Shown here piece by piece: positions 39,401 to 51,158 of a stretch of 64,000 nucleotides of DNA (within the stretch, counting starts at the first letter, position 1; each line of letters opens with the position of its first letter). The notes beneath the pieces are model-generated. The model worked only from the letters and a program-made list of their open reading frames with translations. It was not told where the DNA came from and did no database searches. The stretch covers positions 60,512,001 to 60,576,000 of the forward strand of contig NC_134477.1 in NCBI RefSeq assembly GCF_964194025.1, written 5' to 3'. The DNA comes from Convolutriloba macropyga. Its lineage: Eukaryota. A program made the translations under genes and the position numbers.

Positions 39401-40315
39401 AGATTATCGAGCTCTGTACTTGAGCAGAAACTCACTTTTATGATGAACCAAATCTTCCTCAAAATAAACAAATGATTGGACAAAATCCAATTTAGGACTA
39501 CACGTTCCTGAGTAAACTCTACAATTATGGAACTCAAGCCGCTCAAGAGAAAACTGGACAGATAAACCAATGTAAAATTTTACAAAAGCAACCTATTCAG
39601 TTAGAAACCTGGAAAAGCTGGTACTCAGAGGAATATTCAGATGGAAGTAGTCAACGTTTTGAGATCAATGCGAAAAGGGAAATGCTTGATGCAAAATTGA
39701 AGGACCGAGAATGCAACCAAAAAACATTTTTCTATGCGACGCCTCCACAAACATTAACGTAAACGCAAACGCTTGTGTAAATACAGTTCTTTTCAAGACT
39801 AACCACGTTGTAACAATGAGGCTCAGCAGGGCTCACTTTTCCTAGAACTCACGCCCGTCAATGCCATCTAACAAACGTTACGGAATTGAGAGAAAAAACA
39901 AGGTTCTCTTTCATGCTGATCATTGTTTGCGTTGTCTAGAGAAATGCGTATATCTAAAAGCAAACATAATAGAAAACACCAGTATAATAGAAAAAAAAAC
40001 TTCAAGGCCAAACAGGAAGGCTCGAGGTTTTACCAGCATGCTCTAATCAGAGTTGCTGAAAATAAATTGGGCTCGAACAAAAAAAATTCATCACTAATTA
40101 GAAGAAACTTTCACATTGAAAATATTGTTTGAAGTCAATTCCAACTTCTGATGAGGCAAAGTGCATCTTTACATAAATGCACAATTTTTTCTGTGGAAAT
40201 AACTAAAGACATAGCACAGCAAGGAGTCAAATTCCACCTGGGTATCACTCACTCAAAACAGTTGAAATTTTATAGGCGGAAGCAATACCTTTGCCTGTTT
40301 GTGGTCTGAAAATAG

Positions 40316-40490
40316 AAATTTTTGCATTTTTGCCGAAACTTTTTCGCCCCCGATTAGATAAAATGTTTTGTTATGTATCAAATTACTGTAATAAGAAAAG
40401 ATTTTAAGTGGAAATTTTTGCATTTTTGCCGAGCCATTTTTGTCCCCGATTAGATAAAATGTTTTGCTATTTATCAAAATACTGTAATAA
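40316..40490 (+). repeat. Short tandem duplication (about 96 bp x2)
   Basis: AAATTTTTGCATTTTTGCCGA...CCCGATTAGATAAAATGTTTTG...TACTGTAATAA occurs twice. Confidence 0.8.
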
Positions 40491-41449
40491 ACATAACCGA
40501 CTAACGTCGGGCGAATTAATCTCAAACGGCCGGCGAGCGGTTGGCTTCGTCAGTATCTAGCCACCGGGGGGGGGGGGGGGGGGGGTGCACCGGGGGCTGA
40601 TGGGGGGGAACTGGGTTGGAGGGGGGGGGGGGCAACAGCGCGGTGGGGGTGACGGCAATAGTGGGGGTGGGGGTCAACAGGGGGGGGGGGGGTCTCAACC
40701 TCTACGAGCCGCCCTTCACACCATATGTATAAGTATAAGTCTCCAAAACAGTTTGAGCTGAAACAGAGCTGAAAGGCTCTAATAGCACTTAATGCCCGCT
40801 GGGCGCTACCTGTTTATCACGTTTTGAGGACGGAAAGTCAAACGCGTCAGACGAAAAATCGGTCAAGCGAAATATCGCATAAAAAAAGACCGACAGGACT
40901 AATATAATTGCTACAAACTTCGTTTGAGAGCAATTAAAAAGAACTTGTGTGGCCGAATGAAAAAAGTAAGCCTTCTGTGCTGGACGACAGAAGAGATTAG
41001 ATGCAGTGCTACAAATTTTTGAGAAAGAATAGGATCTTCTAATGAGCTATTCAATGGACAGCTGAATGAGCTGTTCATTAGAGCATGAGCAACCCACAGT
41101 AAAAACATTTAAATGTTTGCAGTCAGAAAAGTTATAGAAACCTGGAAAAGTAAATGAATTACTGAAGCCCTGTTATAGGAGCTAGAAAGTCATCCAAAAT
41201 GGGACCAAATAAGTGAAAGTGCAGATCGTTTCCTTCACTGTACATGGCTAAAATGTCCTGTTCGGCTCAGAGAGGACAAACGAAAACGACTCAAACTTGA
41301 GTTGATTAAATAAATTATTAATATCAATTATGTTCTAGTTTTGCATTTAAGATGTAGAATTGGAGACGTTTTTGGTTTGGGCAGGTTTAAATTTAATAGC
41401 AAAGCTACAAACCACCATCAGGGAAAGTAGGCGGAGGCAAAAACATTAT

Positions 41450-43290
41450 TTCAAAAATTCGTTTGTATGAGATTTGTTTCTTCTGGAGGTCCCAGAAGAA
41501 CACCCTTGTGGCCTATTACACAGTAAATCATAATGTTGAAATATGGCACGTGCGTTTGGGGGATGAGGGTGCAGATAATATGCGCCCACTAATCTGGGGG
41601 ACACAAACGAATTGATCTAATTGTTTGTCGCTCAAATTGCACCAAATATAAATTTTTGAATGTCTACCCCATCAGGAGCACCCAGTTTTGTCAATTTTGT
41701 AGATTTCCGGGAAAGTCTGACGAGGAATGAAAAGAAAACTAGGCTCACCGTGTTGGCTAACCTTGGGTTAACTGTTGAAATTCTATCACTTTGTGCTCTG
41801 TAAACAAAAATTTATTGCATGACGTGATAAATCGAGAAGCCTTAACGTCAAGTCAGTTTTTCAAGATATATTGCCAAGAACTATTAATCATCAATCAGCA
41901 GAGTTATTGTAACTTACATAGAAAATTCAAACGTGCGCGATGTTCCTGGAGACAAATTCACCTGGGCGCAAATAGGTTTATACTCTGGTTTCCCAAGTAT
42001 TTTTATGCCACCATTTACAAACTAAGTGTTGTTATACGACACGTAACAATTTAAAAAATGTTGAGCGCCTCTGGTTCGTGCAAAAAATGGGTCTTTCCTT
42101 TTACATCCCTCTCCCAGCTTCGTGGTCAGATAACCCATAGCCCTCTCAATCATGGTAACGTTATGTACCCCCGTTGGAGAACACGTGCCATTACATAGTA
42201 AAGGATTTTGTAAACATATGGCACGTACGCTTGGGCGTTACAATTAACATGCACCCACTTCAACTCGGCGGGGAGGCGTCACAATCGAAAAAGATCCGGT
42301 TTGTGAAACGCCTTTTTTGGCGTGTTCCCGGGTTTTTTGCCAACTTCCTGACTGTTTTTCTCCATTTTTCTCTTTTTTATTTAGACTGTCACCTCTTGGC
42401 CAAGACGAACACAAAACAGACGCATAAAAAATGAAAAGTTAATGATTTTTAATCAGTAATAAAAATAAATTGACACTTAAACTTGCCCAGTACTCAAATT
42501 AACTTGGCGTTAGATCTGTGCGAACAAATAATGAGATCCATTTTACATCTGACTCTACAAGCAGCTCACCTGCCCTGTGAGACGTTTTTGAATACACACC
42601 AACCGGTATCGGCTTTTAAATGCACCTAAATAAGATCGCTCGGATGTTTTCCGTTTGTCCCCCCCCCCCCCCCCCAGTACGTTTTGCACCCCCAGTTGCA
42701 GAACACGCGCTGTCGTATAGTAAATCATTATGCAAACATATGGCACGTGCGTGTAGGGGGTGCAAATGATATGGATCCGCTAAGCTGGGGCGGGGGCACA
42801 AACAAAAGATCGCATCTCTCTCTTGTGGGATCAAGGTGCTTCTGAAAACTGAAAATTGAATGATTTTTCCGTTTTTTGGGTGTTTCGATTCTGAAGCCAA
42901 CACTGACATCATATTATATAATGATCCGACCTTCGTACATTGTAGTTGTTTCTCTGTCGTGTTTAAATTATCGTAGAAAGTGTAGCCTACACTTTGCCTG
43001 CATTTTCAAAACGTTATTACTAGACAAAACTTACCAGTTTTGGGTCTTTCCATTGCAAATCACTGTAAAAACACAGCCCCGATATTATGAATTTTATCGG
43101 ATCGGATCTTTCCGTTTGCGTCACCCTATATTTTAGGGCGTATTTTAATTGCAGCCCCCCCCCCCGATGCACGTGCCATATGTCTACAAAAGGTTTTTGT
43201 GTGTAATAACAGGTGTTCTATAATGGGGGGGGGGGGGGTTGCGAAAAACTCATTGGGGGGGGGGGGGGCTTCTACAAACGGAAATGATCC
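41450..43290. mobile_element. Additional diverged copies of the GG...CC MITE family (about 41450-41617, 42090-42297, 42642-42812, 43103-43290)
   Basis: Shared ATATGGCAC(G/A)T(G/A)CG core and GGATC..TTCCGTTTG / CAAAC..AAAGATCC-like ends. No clear TSDs. Confidence 0.6.
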
Positions 43291-43345
43291 GAAATTGTTA
43301 ATAGGGGAGCATTTTAGCTTTTAGCTCCTGTTGAGGAGGCTGTAG

Positions 43346-43507
43346 GGATCTATTATGTCCCCCCTCCCAGCTAAGTGAGCATAAATCTTCTATGACCTCC
43401 AGAGGCGCACGTGCTATTTTGCTACATAGTAACGTGCTATAAAAGAACATATAATTTGTAACTGGGGGTCATACAAAACACTGGGGGGGGGGGAACAGAA
43501 TAGATCC
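43346..43507. mobile_element. MITE (related subfamily), TSD GCTGTAG
   Basis: TIR GGATCTATTATGTCCCCC / GGGGGAACAGAATAGATCC; GCTGTAG on both sides. Related copies at about 44858-44949 (truncated) and 63885-64000. Confidence 0.75.
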
Positions 43508-43534
43508 GCTGTAGAGGAAAGACACAAAGCATCA

Positions 43535-44230
43535 CTACCATAGATGCGTATTCGTGTTGGCGAACCAGAATTTGATCTGATCGTCGACTGCAGTGGGACT
43601 CGATTGAATGATAAACCAAGGTTGGCCCGTAAAGGACGAATAATCTGTAGATGTTCCCGGAAAAATAAATGTGTCCTCTTCCAGGCTAATTTTGGAAGCA
43701 CAAAAACCGAATTCGAATAAATGGATCTGGCTAAAAATAGAGAGCATCAGCGGATTATCGTCCATTCCATATAAATCAATTAACTGAAGTTGTTGCAGGC
43801 TGGATGAATGCGTGTCCAAAATAGGCTGAATATCGCTCAGCAGTAACGACCGAACATTCGAAATCATGACAGATTCATACACCACTTTTTCAGACCCGAT
43901 AGAGGCCGTTGCCAAATTGGCGACACTGTCAATGGCCGAGTCGCTAATTTCTAGTCGCCACTTTTTGGTGCCAGAATGTGGGGCATCGATGATAACGTCT
44001 TTGTTAACTGTTTCGAAATTTTTGTTCCTAATTACCACATCCTGACAGTTGTTGTTGTCTACAATAACTCGATTTAAAGCTGGTAAGCCCTCAAGCCTAA
44101 TGCATTTACACGGGCATCCTGGCTTTCCTGGCCAATTGTCGTTGTCAGTCTCACATTCGAATTCTTGTTGTGGAATAACAAGGGAAAAATAAACAACCAA
44201 AACAAAAAAGAGCGAAAAATAAAATTCCAT
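43535..44230 (-). CDS. Probable host gene (first exon) encoding a secreted or cell-surface protein, possibly with an LRR-type ectodomain
   Basis: 231 codons open, N-terminal hydrophobic signal peptide, CPCKC..C cap-like motif, LxxLxL (LQQLQL). A possible GT donor overlaps the TAG. Confidence 0.55.
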   Translation of the reverse strand: MEFYFSLFFVLVVYFSLVIPQQEFECETDNDNWPGKPGCPCKCIRLEGLPALNRVIVDNNNCQDVVIRNKNFETVNKDVIIDAPHSGTKKWRLEISDSAIDSVANLATASIGSEKVVYESVMISNVRSLLLSDIQPILDTHSSSLQQLQLIDLYGMDDNPLMLSIFSQIHLFEFGFCASKISLEEDTFIFPGTSTDYSSFTGQPWFIIQSSPTAVDDQIKFWFANTNTHLW

Positions 44231-44471
44231 ATCATTCAGTCAGTAGAAAGACGAAGTCATCATCCAAATGCTTTTCACACATCAAACATATTTCCGTGAA
44301 AAAAACGCACGTCAGCAAATTGCGAGTGACTTCAAATTAAACTAGTGTCAGCAAAAAGTAATACAAATTTGAAACTCATTCATTATCTACTTTGCGTCGA
44401 CACAGGTCAGTATCAAGTTCAAACCACAAGTTCTATAATTGATTAGACCTCAAATTGCGACTGAACTGAGC

Positions 44472-44614
44472 GGATCTTTTCCGTTTGTGCCCCCCAATGA
44501 GAGGGAACGTGTCATTACACACTAAATAATAATGTAAAAATATGGCACGTGCGTCTCGGGTGCAAATGAGATGCGCCCATCCTAAGCTTGGGGGGACACA
44601 AACAGAAAAGATCC
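44472..44614. mobile_element. MITE, 143 bp, 8-bp TSD (Merlin-like)
   Basis: TSD AACTGAGC at 44464-44471 and 44615-44622; TIR GGATCTTTTCCGTTTGTGCCCCCC / GGGGGGACACAAACAGAAAAGATCC. Confidence 0.85.
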
Positions 44615-45301
44615 AACTGAGCAGCGTAGCTAAAGCTGGAATGTCATCTCTTATTCTCTAATAAATGAGAATAAAATGATTTGATATACTGTTTAGATAA
44701 TGGTCAACCAGCAAGTTTCACTATTTCACTATAGTGCTCCCTAAAGTGTATTTCAGTTTTGCGGCATTGGGTAAAATTATTGGTTTCTAGTCAGCCAAAA
44801 AAAGTTAAACACTGGTCGAATGAGTCAAATAAATGACGACACAGGCACAGAAAAACGGTATCTAATCTGTTCCCCCAAGTGTTTTTATGACCCCCAGTTA
44901 CAAATTATATATTGTTATATAGCACGTTATTATGTAAGAAAATAGCACGAGTAGCATACGTAAATGACGTGTATCAGTATATAGGGGGGTCGCGCACTGT
45001 AGAAAAACGACCCCCCTCATTTTTAACTGAAAATTCTAAATTTCAAAAGTTTTTAGAAATGATCCTAAATCAAGAAGATCCTAGAGCCCTCAATATATAG
45101 GGGTCCACGTAGTGTAAAAACGATCCCCTCTAAATCTTTGAATGTCCCCCTAAAATTTTTTCAGAAAAGCGCTTGGGCGCGATGGGACAATATATGAAGA
45201 CAAAATCAAAACATGAGTTTGGAAAAAACCGTCTGGCAAGATCATTTTTCATATTGCAGTTACAGTAAACAGACGTCAAGCAAAGTCGATCAACCGTTCA
45301 A

Positions 45302-45580
45302 ATGAGTACTCGAGTTACGAGAGACGAAATTGATGGGGATATTACAAACTTGGTTTTTGATGATGGAAACCGAGAGAGACCTCCATGGCGTTGCTGTTCC
45401 AATACCGTAGTCCCTCGACCAGAGATCTTTTTCTTTGTTCAAGTGAGTATTATAGTGCTCATGATTAGCCTTTGTTTCGCCATGCATTTCTTGATATCAG
45501 AAAGTTGTGAGGAGAAGTCAATTTGGATTGCACTGCTTTCAAGTCTAGTTGGTTATATCTTGCCAAATCCTAAATTATGA
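45302..45580 (+). CDS. Small two-transmembrane-helix protein of the Polinton
   Basis: 92 aa, two hydrophobic segments, C-terminal WIALLSSLVGYILPNPKL; ATGA overlap with the ATPase. Confidence 0.7.
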   Translation: MSTRVTRDEIDGDITNLVFDDGNRERPPWRCCSNTVVPRPEIFFFVQVSIIVLMISLCFAMHFLISESCEEKSIWIALLSSLVGYILPNPKL

Positions 45581-46281
45581 ATAAAGTCATTCTCACCAAC
45601 GATAGGATCTTCATGGCAGTTGTAGGCCCAAGTGGTTCTGGGAAAACCGACCTAATATTCAACATGCTGCAAGGTAGGTCTTTCTACCGAGCATTTCCAA
45701 AAATTTACTACTTCTACAAAGACTTCCAGGACACGTTTACAGCTATGCAACAAAAAATACCACACATCAAGTTCATCAAGTATTCCGAATGGGATATAAC
45801 AAAAAAGCTTTCGGACTGTCTGCTCATTTACGACGACTCAAGCGAGGAAATTTTCAACGACAAAGAATTCATGAAAATAGCTACGTCAGGAAGACATAGA
45901 AAACTTAATGTGATCTACGTCAAACACAACTTATTCCAACAGAGCAAGTGGTCATGAACAATTGACCTAAACACCACTCATATAATTTTATTCAAATCCC
46001 TGCGTGACATTCAACAGATTGAATACCTTGGAAAACAGTTGAACTGTCTCCAATTACTCAAGGACGCATACAAATTAGCAACAACTCAGCCCTATGGACA
46101 TTTAATCATTGACCTGGATCCGAAAACAGGTCAAGGTTTACGATTTTTATCTCAACTCATTGGCCCCGAACCATCAATTTTCTATATTCCTTCGGAGGAA
46201 GCCGTTGTTACGAATGAAAAGGAAAAATTTGCTTATGCTCAAGCAGTGGGCAAAAAGCACAAACAAGAACTCCATCAATGA
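45577..46281 (+). pseudogene. A32/FtsK-like genome packaging ATPase, in-frame TGA at 45955-45957
   Basis: GPSGSGKT, LLIYDD, SGRH, IDLNTTHIILFKS.RD..QI, PYGHLIIDL. Confidence 0.9.
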
Positions 46282-46528
46282 ATCCAAACTAGTTAGAGAT
46301 AGCGACTTCATTTGGTTTCTGAGTGATTGTGTGATGAACGTACTCTCTGGAGTTGTACCAGTCAACAAAAAGGAACTGAAAAAAACTGAAAAAGTTCTGC
46401 GTCAACTTTCGAACAGGAAAGTAGGGAAAACGGAACGATTAAAATTTATTCAATCTTCCTCGGGCAACAATCTCATTCAACTCATAGCATTACCCTGCAT
46501 TGAGTATCTGGAAGAAAAAGCATACTGA
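46235..46528 (+). CDS. Small basic Polinton protein (putative virion/core component)
   Basis: FL.DCV.NVL.G.VP...K..LRQL pattern and position after the ATPase. Start approximate. Confidence 0.5.
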   Translation: MLKQWAKSTNKNSINESKLVRDSDFIWFLSDCVMNVLSGVVPVNKKELKKTEKVLRQLSNRKVGKTERLKFIQSSSGNNLIQLIALPCIEYLEEKAY

Positions 46529-47228
46529 AGAGTTTGTGTTAATACCTAAGCAGATGTGTACAAGAGAACAACCTCATATATCTCAATTACTCAGCAACAA
46601 AGATGTTCACAACCCAGCTAAGCAGATATCGCTTCTCCAAAGAAACAGGTCACCATCAGCTCCCCCTACCTCGCAACAGGATACAGAGCAACAAACTAAC
46701 GCTTCAATAGATGATACAAGTACAATAAACGAGTCTAATGAAAAATCATTTATGATAGACAACACATCAGCTGTCAGACAAGGAGTGTTGAATGATATTA
46801 AAATCTTGAAAGGGATAAAATTTAAAGGAGCGAGAAAAATACTGGAGATAATAGAAGAATCCAATTCTGTGTTTTTGGAATCATCAATGAGATTGATTAT
46901 CAAAGGATCAAATACAGAAGTTCTTGCTGCTACATTTTTTTACAATCTACAGCAAACCATTTGTACACTTTCTTTCGAACAATTCAGTGTATTAGCGCTT
47001 CTCGATATTGGTTCACATTTGACTTGTAACACCTACGCCAAAAAGTTTCTAAACTTATCATCTGAAGAGAAACTGCAATTTTTGGAATATGAGTCAGACA
47101 AGGAAATTGATTCAAAATCCTGCAGAAAAAAAGCAAAAGCTTCTGACAACGATGAGGGAAGCTTTGGAGAGGCAGAAGAGGAACTCAAACCAGCCAGCCT
47201 CTGGCAAAATTACTTCCTTTCAAGCTAA
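46500..47228 (+). CDS. Polinton hypothetical protein
   Basis: 242-codon ORF between the core-like gene and the integrase; function not recognisable. Confidence 0.5.
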   Translation: MSIWKKKHTEEFVLIPKQMCTREQPHISQLLSNKDVHNPAKQISLLQRNRSPSAPPTSQQDTEQQTNASIDDTSTINESNEKSFMIDNTSAVRQGVLNDIKILKGIKFKGARKILEIIEESNSVFLESSMRLIIKGSNTEVLAATFFYNLQQTICTLSFEQFSVLALLDIGSHLTCNTYAKKFLNLSSEEKLQFLEYESDKEIDSKSCRKKAKASDNDEGSFGEAEEELKPASLWQNYFLSS

Positions 47229-48138
47229 ACAGTTAGAGAAATTGTACACGAAAGGCAGTGCTGCATTTGTTAGCATTGCTAATTTAAAGAAGGCTAGTGG
47301 TTTTACCAGAAGCAAAATTGTTCGTTATCTTCAGTCGAAAGCCCCCTACACGAAATACAGACAATTCAGGAAAAGTTTCCCCCGACTGAAAGCTGTTGCA
47401 TACAGAATAAACGAAATCTGGTCTGTCGACGTTGCCTATATGGATAAAGTAGCCCAATACAACAATGGCGTAAAGTATTTGTTAGTGGCTGCGGATGTTT
47501 TATCGCGTTACTTACGAGTTCAACCAATGAAGGCTTTATATGCAAAAGATGCTGTTGAAGCGTTCAAAAAAATGATCGAGAAGAAACAGCCAGAGAAAGT
47601 ATGGACAGACAAGGGATAAGAATTCAAAGGCGAGTTCAAAAAGTTTTGTGAGAAGAAAGGAATTAATTTATATACAACAGAAAACGAAACCAAGTCGGCA
47701 TTTGCAGAGAGGAACATTCGATCGCTTAAAAACATTATTTACAAATATTTGGAGGAAAAATGGACTTGGACGTATATTAACGATTTGCCCCAGTTTGTAA
47801 ATACAATAAACAGTCGTGTTAACCGGGTTACCCAATTAGCACCTAATAAAGTGTTCAAAAAACATGAACCATTTTTAATATCACTTGCTTTAGACAGCAA
47901 CAAATACAAACCAAAATACGAAGAAGAAGACCTTGTTCGGATTGCAAAGCGCGACAAAAATTTCAGAAAAGGTTATAAACAAAGCTACACAGACGAAGTT
48001 TTCACAGTACTACGATTGGCTACAACAAGTCCACCCACATACATTCTCATTGACGCGAACAACGTTAAAATCCTAGGGAATTTTTATGAACCGGAATTGG
48101 TACAAGTTGATGTGTTGAAAACTGAAGAAGAGCAATGA
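47089..48138 (+). pseudogene. Retroviral-like (rve, DDE) integrase, in-frame TAA at 47617-47619
   Basis: WSVD, KYLLVAADVLSRY, TDKG*EF, KSAFAERNIRSLK, FRKGY..EVF, FYEPEL. Confidence 0.92.
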
Positions 48139-48986
48139 GTTCTAACAGCGATGAGTTTACTATTGACTTGATTTCGAACGCGTCGATGGAAACTTTTAAT
48201 GAGAACACTATGGCATCATTTCGGAATCAATTATCCCAACCGATCCAACTGCAAGGAGAATGGCAAGTGGCGTTGACTTCACTATCTTTTCCATCAAAAA
48301 TCAATAACGTAAACTCTGGAGAAATTGTTGTTTACACAAACCCAAGGACCGAGACCGATGAGTCGAGAAATCAATCAGGGCAAAACAGAAAAATTCGGAC
48401 AGGTATTTACAACAGTTGGGAAAATCTAGTCACAGAAATTGTTCGCATTGCAAGTTTGAAACAGTTCGATCGCAGATTCGACAAAGTCACACAAAAACTC
48501 ACGTTGACATTTGGGAAAAACGAAGGATTGTCATTCCAAGACAATGAAATTCCCAGCATTCTTGGTTTTAAAGGCACGCCTGACCCTTCACATAGCGGAT
48601 TTGTGCATATCGGTTACATAAAAAATGTGGAAAATGGAAATCCGAACGCTCCTAACAGACATTTAGCCAACTTCCCCGTCGATATAACGTGTGGCCCACA
48701 GCCTATTTTTGTCTACATCGACATTATTGAATATCAACACATGGGTGACTCGCGGGCACCCGTTCTCAAAATCATTGAGTCGGAAAGACGTCTAAGAAAC
48801 GGTAGCCTCAACCCCGTGACACCTGTTCACCATAAAAACCTCACAAACTTGGATTACAAGCGTTTACTTTCAAACAATATCCAGAACATCAAAGTCGAGC
48901 TGAGAAACGAGACCGGGAAACTCCTACCTTTCACTGGAATCGGTGAGTTGTCGTCAGTCTTAAATATCAGAGAACAAGCTAACTGA
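48135..48986 (+). CDS. Minor capsid protein (penton)
   Basis: F.IDLISNAS..F..NT..SF.NQL..PI.L.GEWQVAL, ILGF, IFVY.DIIEYQ..GD..AP.L, I.VELR. The C-terminus is probably frameshifted. Confidence 0.85.
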   Translation: MSSNSDEFTIDLISNASMETFNENTMASFRNQLSQPIQLQGEWQVALTSLSFPSKINNVNSGEIVVYTNPRTETDESRNQSGQNRKIRTGIYNSWENLVTEIVRIASLKQFDRRFDKVTQKLTLTFGKNEGLSFQDNEIPSILGFKGTPDPSHSGFVHIGYIKNVENGNPNAPNRHLANFPVDITCGPQPIFVYIDIIEYQHMGDSRAPVLKIIESERRLRNGSLNPVTPVHHKNLTNLDYKRLLSNNIQNIKVELRNETGKLLPFTGIGELSSVLNIREQAN

Positions 48987-49342
48987 TGGAAGCCTACTAT
49001 AGTAATCAAGCATCCAATTCAATGCCCCATTTCTCAGGAAATTACAGACAAAGAGGAAGTGGATTCGGCGCATTAGCTGCTGGTATTGGACGAGTGGCTT
49101 TACCCTTAGCTAGAAGAGTTATCTTCCCAGCAGCGAAAAAAATCGGAAAAGAATTGTTAGTGCAAGGTGCGCCAGAGTTATTAGAATTTGCAACAAAGAA
49201 GAAATCAGCGAAGCAAGCCCTGAAGAGTACAGTTAAAAAAACAGCGAGAAAACAAATCGGAGGGTCACTTCAACGTGGTCGAAAAACAGACTATCGCAAA
49301 AGTTCAACCTCGAAGAAAACATATAAAAAATATCTACCATAG
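48986..49342 (+). CDS. Basic core/DNA-condensing protein with adenain-type cleavage motifs
   Basis: YY..QA, QRGSG/FG, amphipathic helix, QIGG, K/R-rich tail. Confidence 0.65.
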   Translation: MEAYYSNQASNSMPHFSGNYRQRGSGFGALAAGIGRVALPLARRVIFPAAKKIGKELLVQGAPELLEFATKKKSAKQALKSTVKKTARKQIGGSLQRGRKTDYRKSSTSKKTYKKYLP

Positions 49343-49409
49343 AAAAGAATCATTTCTCAAAAAGTGAACCATCAAAGTAGTCGATCGGATTTCTTCTCTA
49401 AAGTGAAAA

Positions 49410-50706
49410 ATGCGTACTAACATTGTTGTTCCCACAGAGGCTACACACAGCTCACTCGACTTATTCGAAAAACCTCCTCTGCTGGTTAAATTTGATCAAT
49501 CTTTCGAGCAAAAAACTGGGCAACTTTACTCACCCATTGGATCTTTGTTAGAGTTTGAAATAGTCGGTGACAGAAATTATTTCATCGACTTGCAGAAAAT
49601 TTATCTGGAAATCAAACTTCTAGTTGTTCAAAGTAATGGAAACGATTTTCGCTTCACCACGGGAGATGCCAACAATAGTGACACACCACATTTGGTGAAT
49701 AATGCTTTGCATTCGCTTTTTACTGATTGCTCAGTGTCAGCAAACGGCATTAAAATTTCTTCCGCCAATGGTCACTACGCACACAAAAGTTTCATTGAAA
49801 CAGAATTTTCTCATGGATCGGATGCAAAAAAAACCTGGCTGAAATGTCAAGGATATGATTATGAAGCAGACCCAACAGTTGTCCCAGCCGCTACAATCAC
49901 AGCTCGACAAGAAACTGTTAGAAGATCTGCTCAACTCATACTGTACGGAAAAATTGCTACCGATTTCTTTTCATGCGAGAAGCATCTAACGAGTGGATTA
50001 ACGCTGCAAATTTCGTTCCGACGATCACAAGATGACTTTGCAATTGTGAGTGAAGACGGAGCTAAACATTATAAAATTAAAATTGATGAAGCAAATTTGT
50101 TCGTGCGAAAAATGACGGTCTCGGACAATGTGGTGGGAGCAATCGAGAAAACACTTCTCAAAACACCTGCAATATATCGCTATAATGAAGTTATTTCGAA
50201 AGCTTTTCTAGCAACAGCCGGGTAACAGAGCTGGAAGCAGGAGGATATTTTCACGAAAGAACCTATTCGTAGACTAATAGTTGCCATGTTCCGCAGCGAT
50301 CGGTACTAATACGCTCAATCCATTTTCATACCAGAAATTTGATTTGAATGAGATAATAATTTACCGTAATGGGTTCGCCACAGCTGGTGCACCAATGTCA
50401 ACAACTGAAAATAAACGACTACACTACAACTCAATGGCTGCACTAGCTTATGTAGAAAATGGTCACGGGGTAACTCTATCTGATTTTCCTAATCATTACA
50501 TTATGATGGTTGATCTCACCAGCACTCAAGAAGCCACACATGATTTTATTCATCCGGAGTTAACAAACTCTTCATTATCTGTGGAACTCAAGTTCGGTGC
50601 TGCGTTGCCGCGCAACATTGAAAATTTATTTCTCGGGGAGAAATGCTCAACAGTTTATATCGATTCTTTGAGAAACGTTTCCAAAAACGCTCTTCCTGTA
50701 GTCTAA
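49410..50706 (+). pseudogene. Major capsid protein (double jelly-roll, PY/hexon-like), stop at 50223-50225 and a frameshift
   Basis: SSLDLFEKPP, EFEI.G...FIDL, NNALHSLF, NPF.YQKFDL, DLT, VELKF..AL. Confidence 0.9.
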
Positions 50707-51158
50707 TGGATGAAGATAAAATATTCAAATTGACTCTACAATCAGGTCGCTTGATGTTTAAAGTTAACGGTGTTTATGCAGCTGACAATTTCCCCTTGCA
50801 CATGCCAACGAACTCATTTGCTATCGTTAACGCATCACCAGCCTCTTCACCTGGATCTCCTTGGATTGTGCTTGCAAAGAGATATGCCTACCCAATAACA
50901 TACTTTGCCAACCCGCTGGCATTACCTCTCTGTTCATATAAACACATATCAGACCGCTTTCGACAAATCACTAATGATAGCATTTTAGTGGACCTCATGG
51001 ACAGACGTGACTCAAACAAACCCCTACAAAGTGCAGACTCTCAAATGTGTGGACTCTATTGCATTTATATTGCTCATTATGTTCTCAAAGATAATTTTTC
51101 ATTCATTCCCGATATCAATGAAATTCAGCTGTTGTCGTTTATAAAACACATGAAGTAA
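50706..51158 (+). pseudogene. Adenain-type cysteine protease, catalytic His and Asp mutated
   Basis: GVYAAD.FP, IVN....PGS[P]W, YFA[N]P, LQS..SQMCGLYC. Confidence 0.85.

Noticed and set aside
40528-40560. Helitron 3' end (GC hairpin then CTAG)
   Set aside because: CTAG is followed by C rather than T, related copies continue through the site, and no 5' TC end or Rep/helicase is seen.
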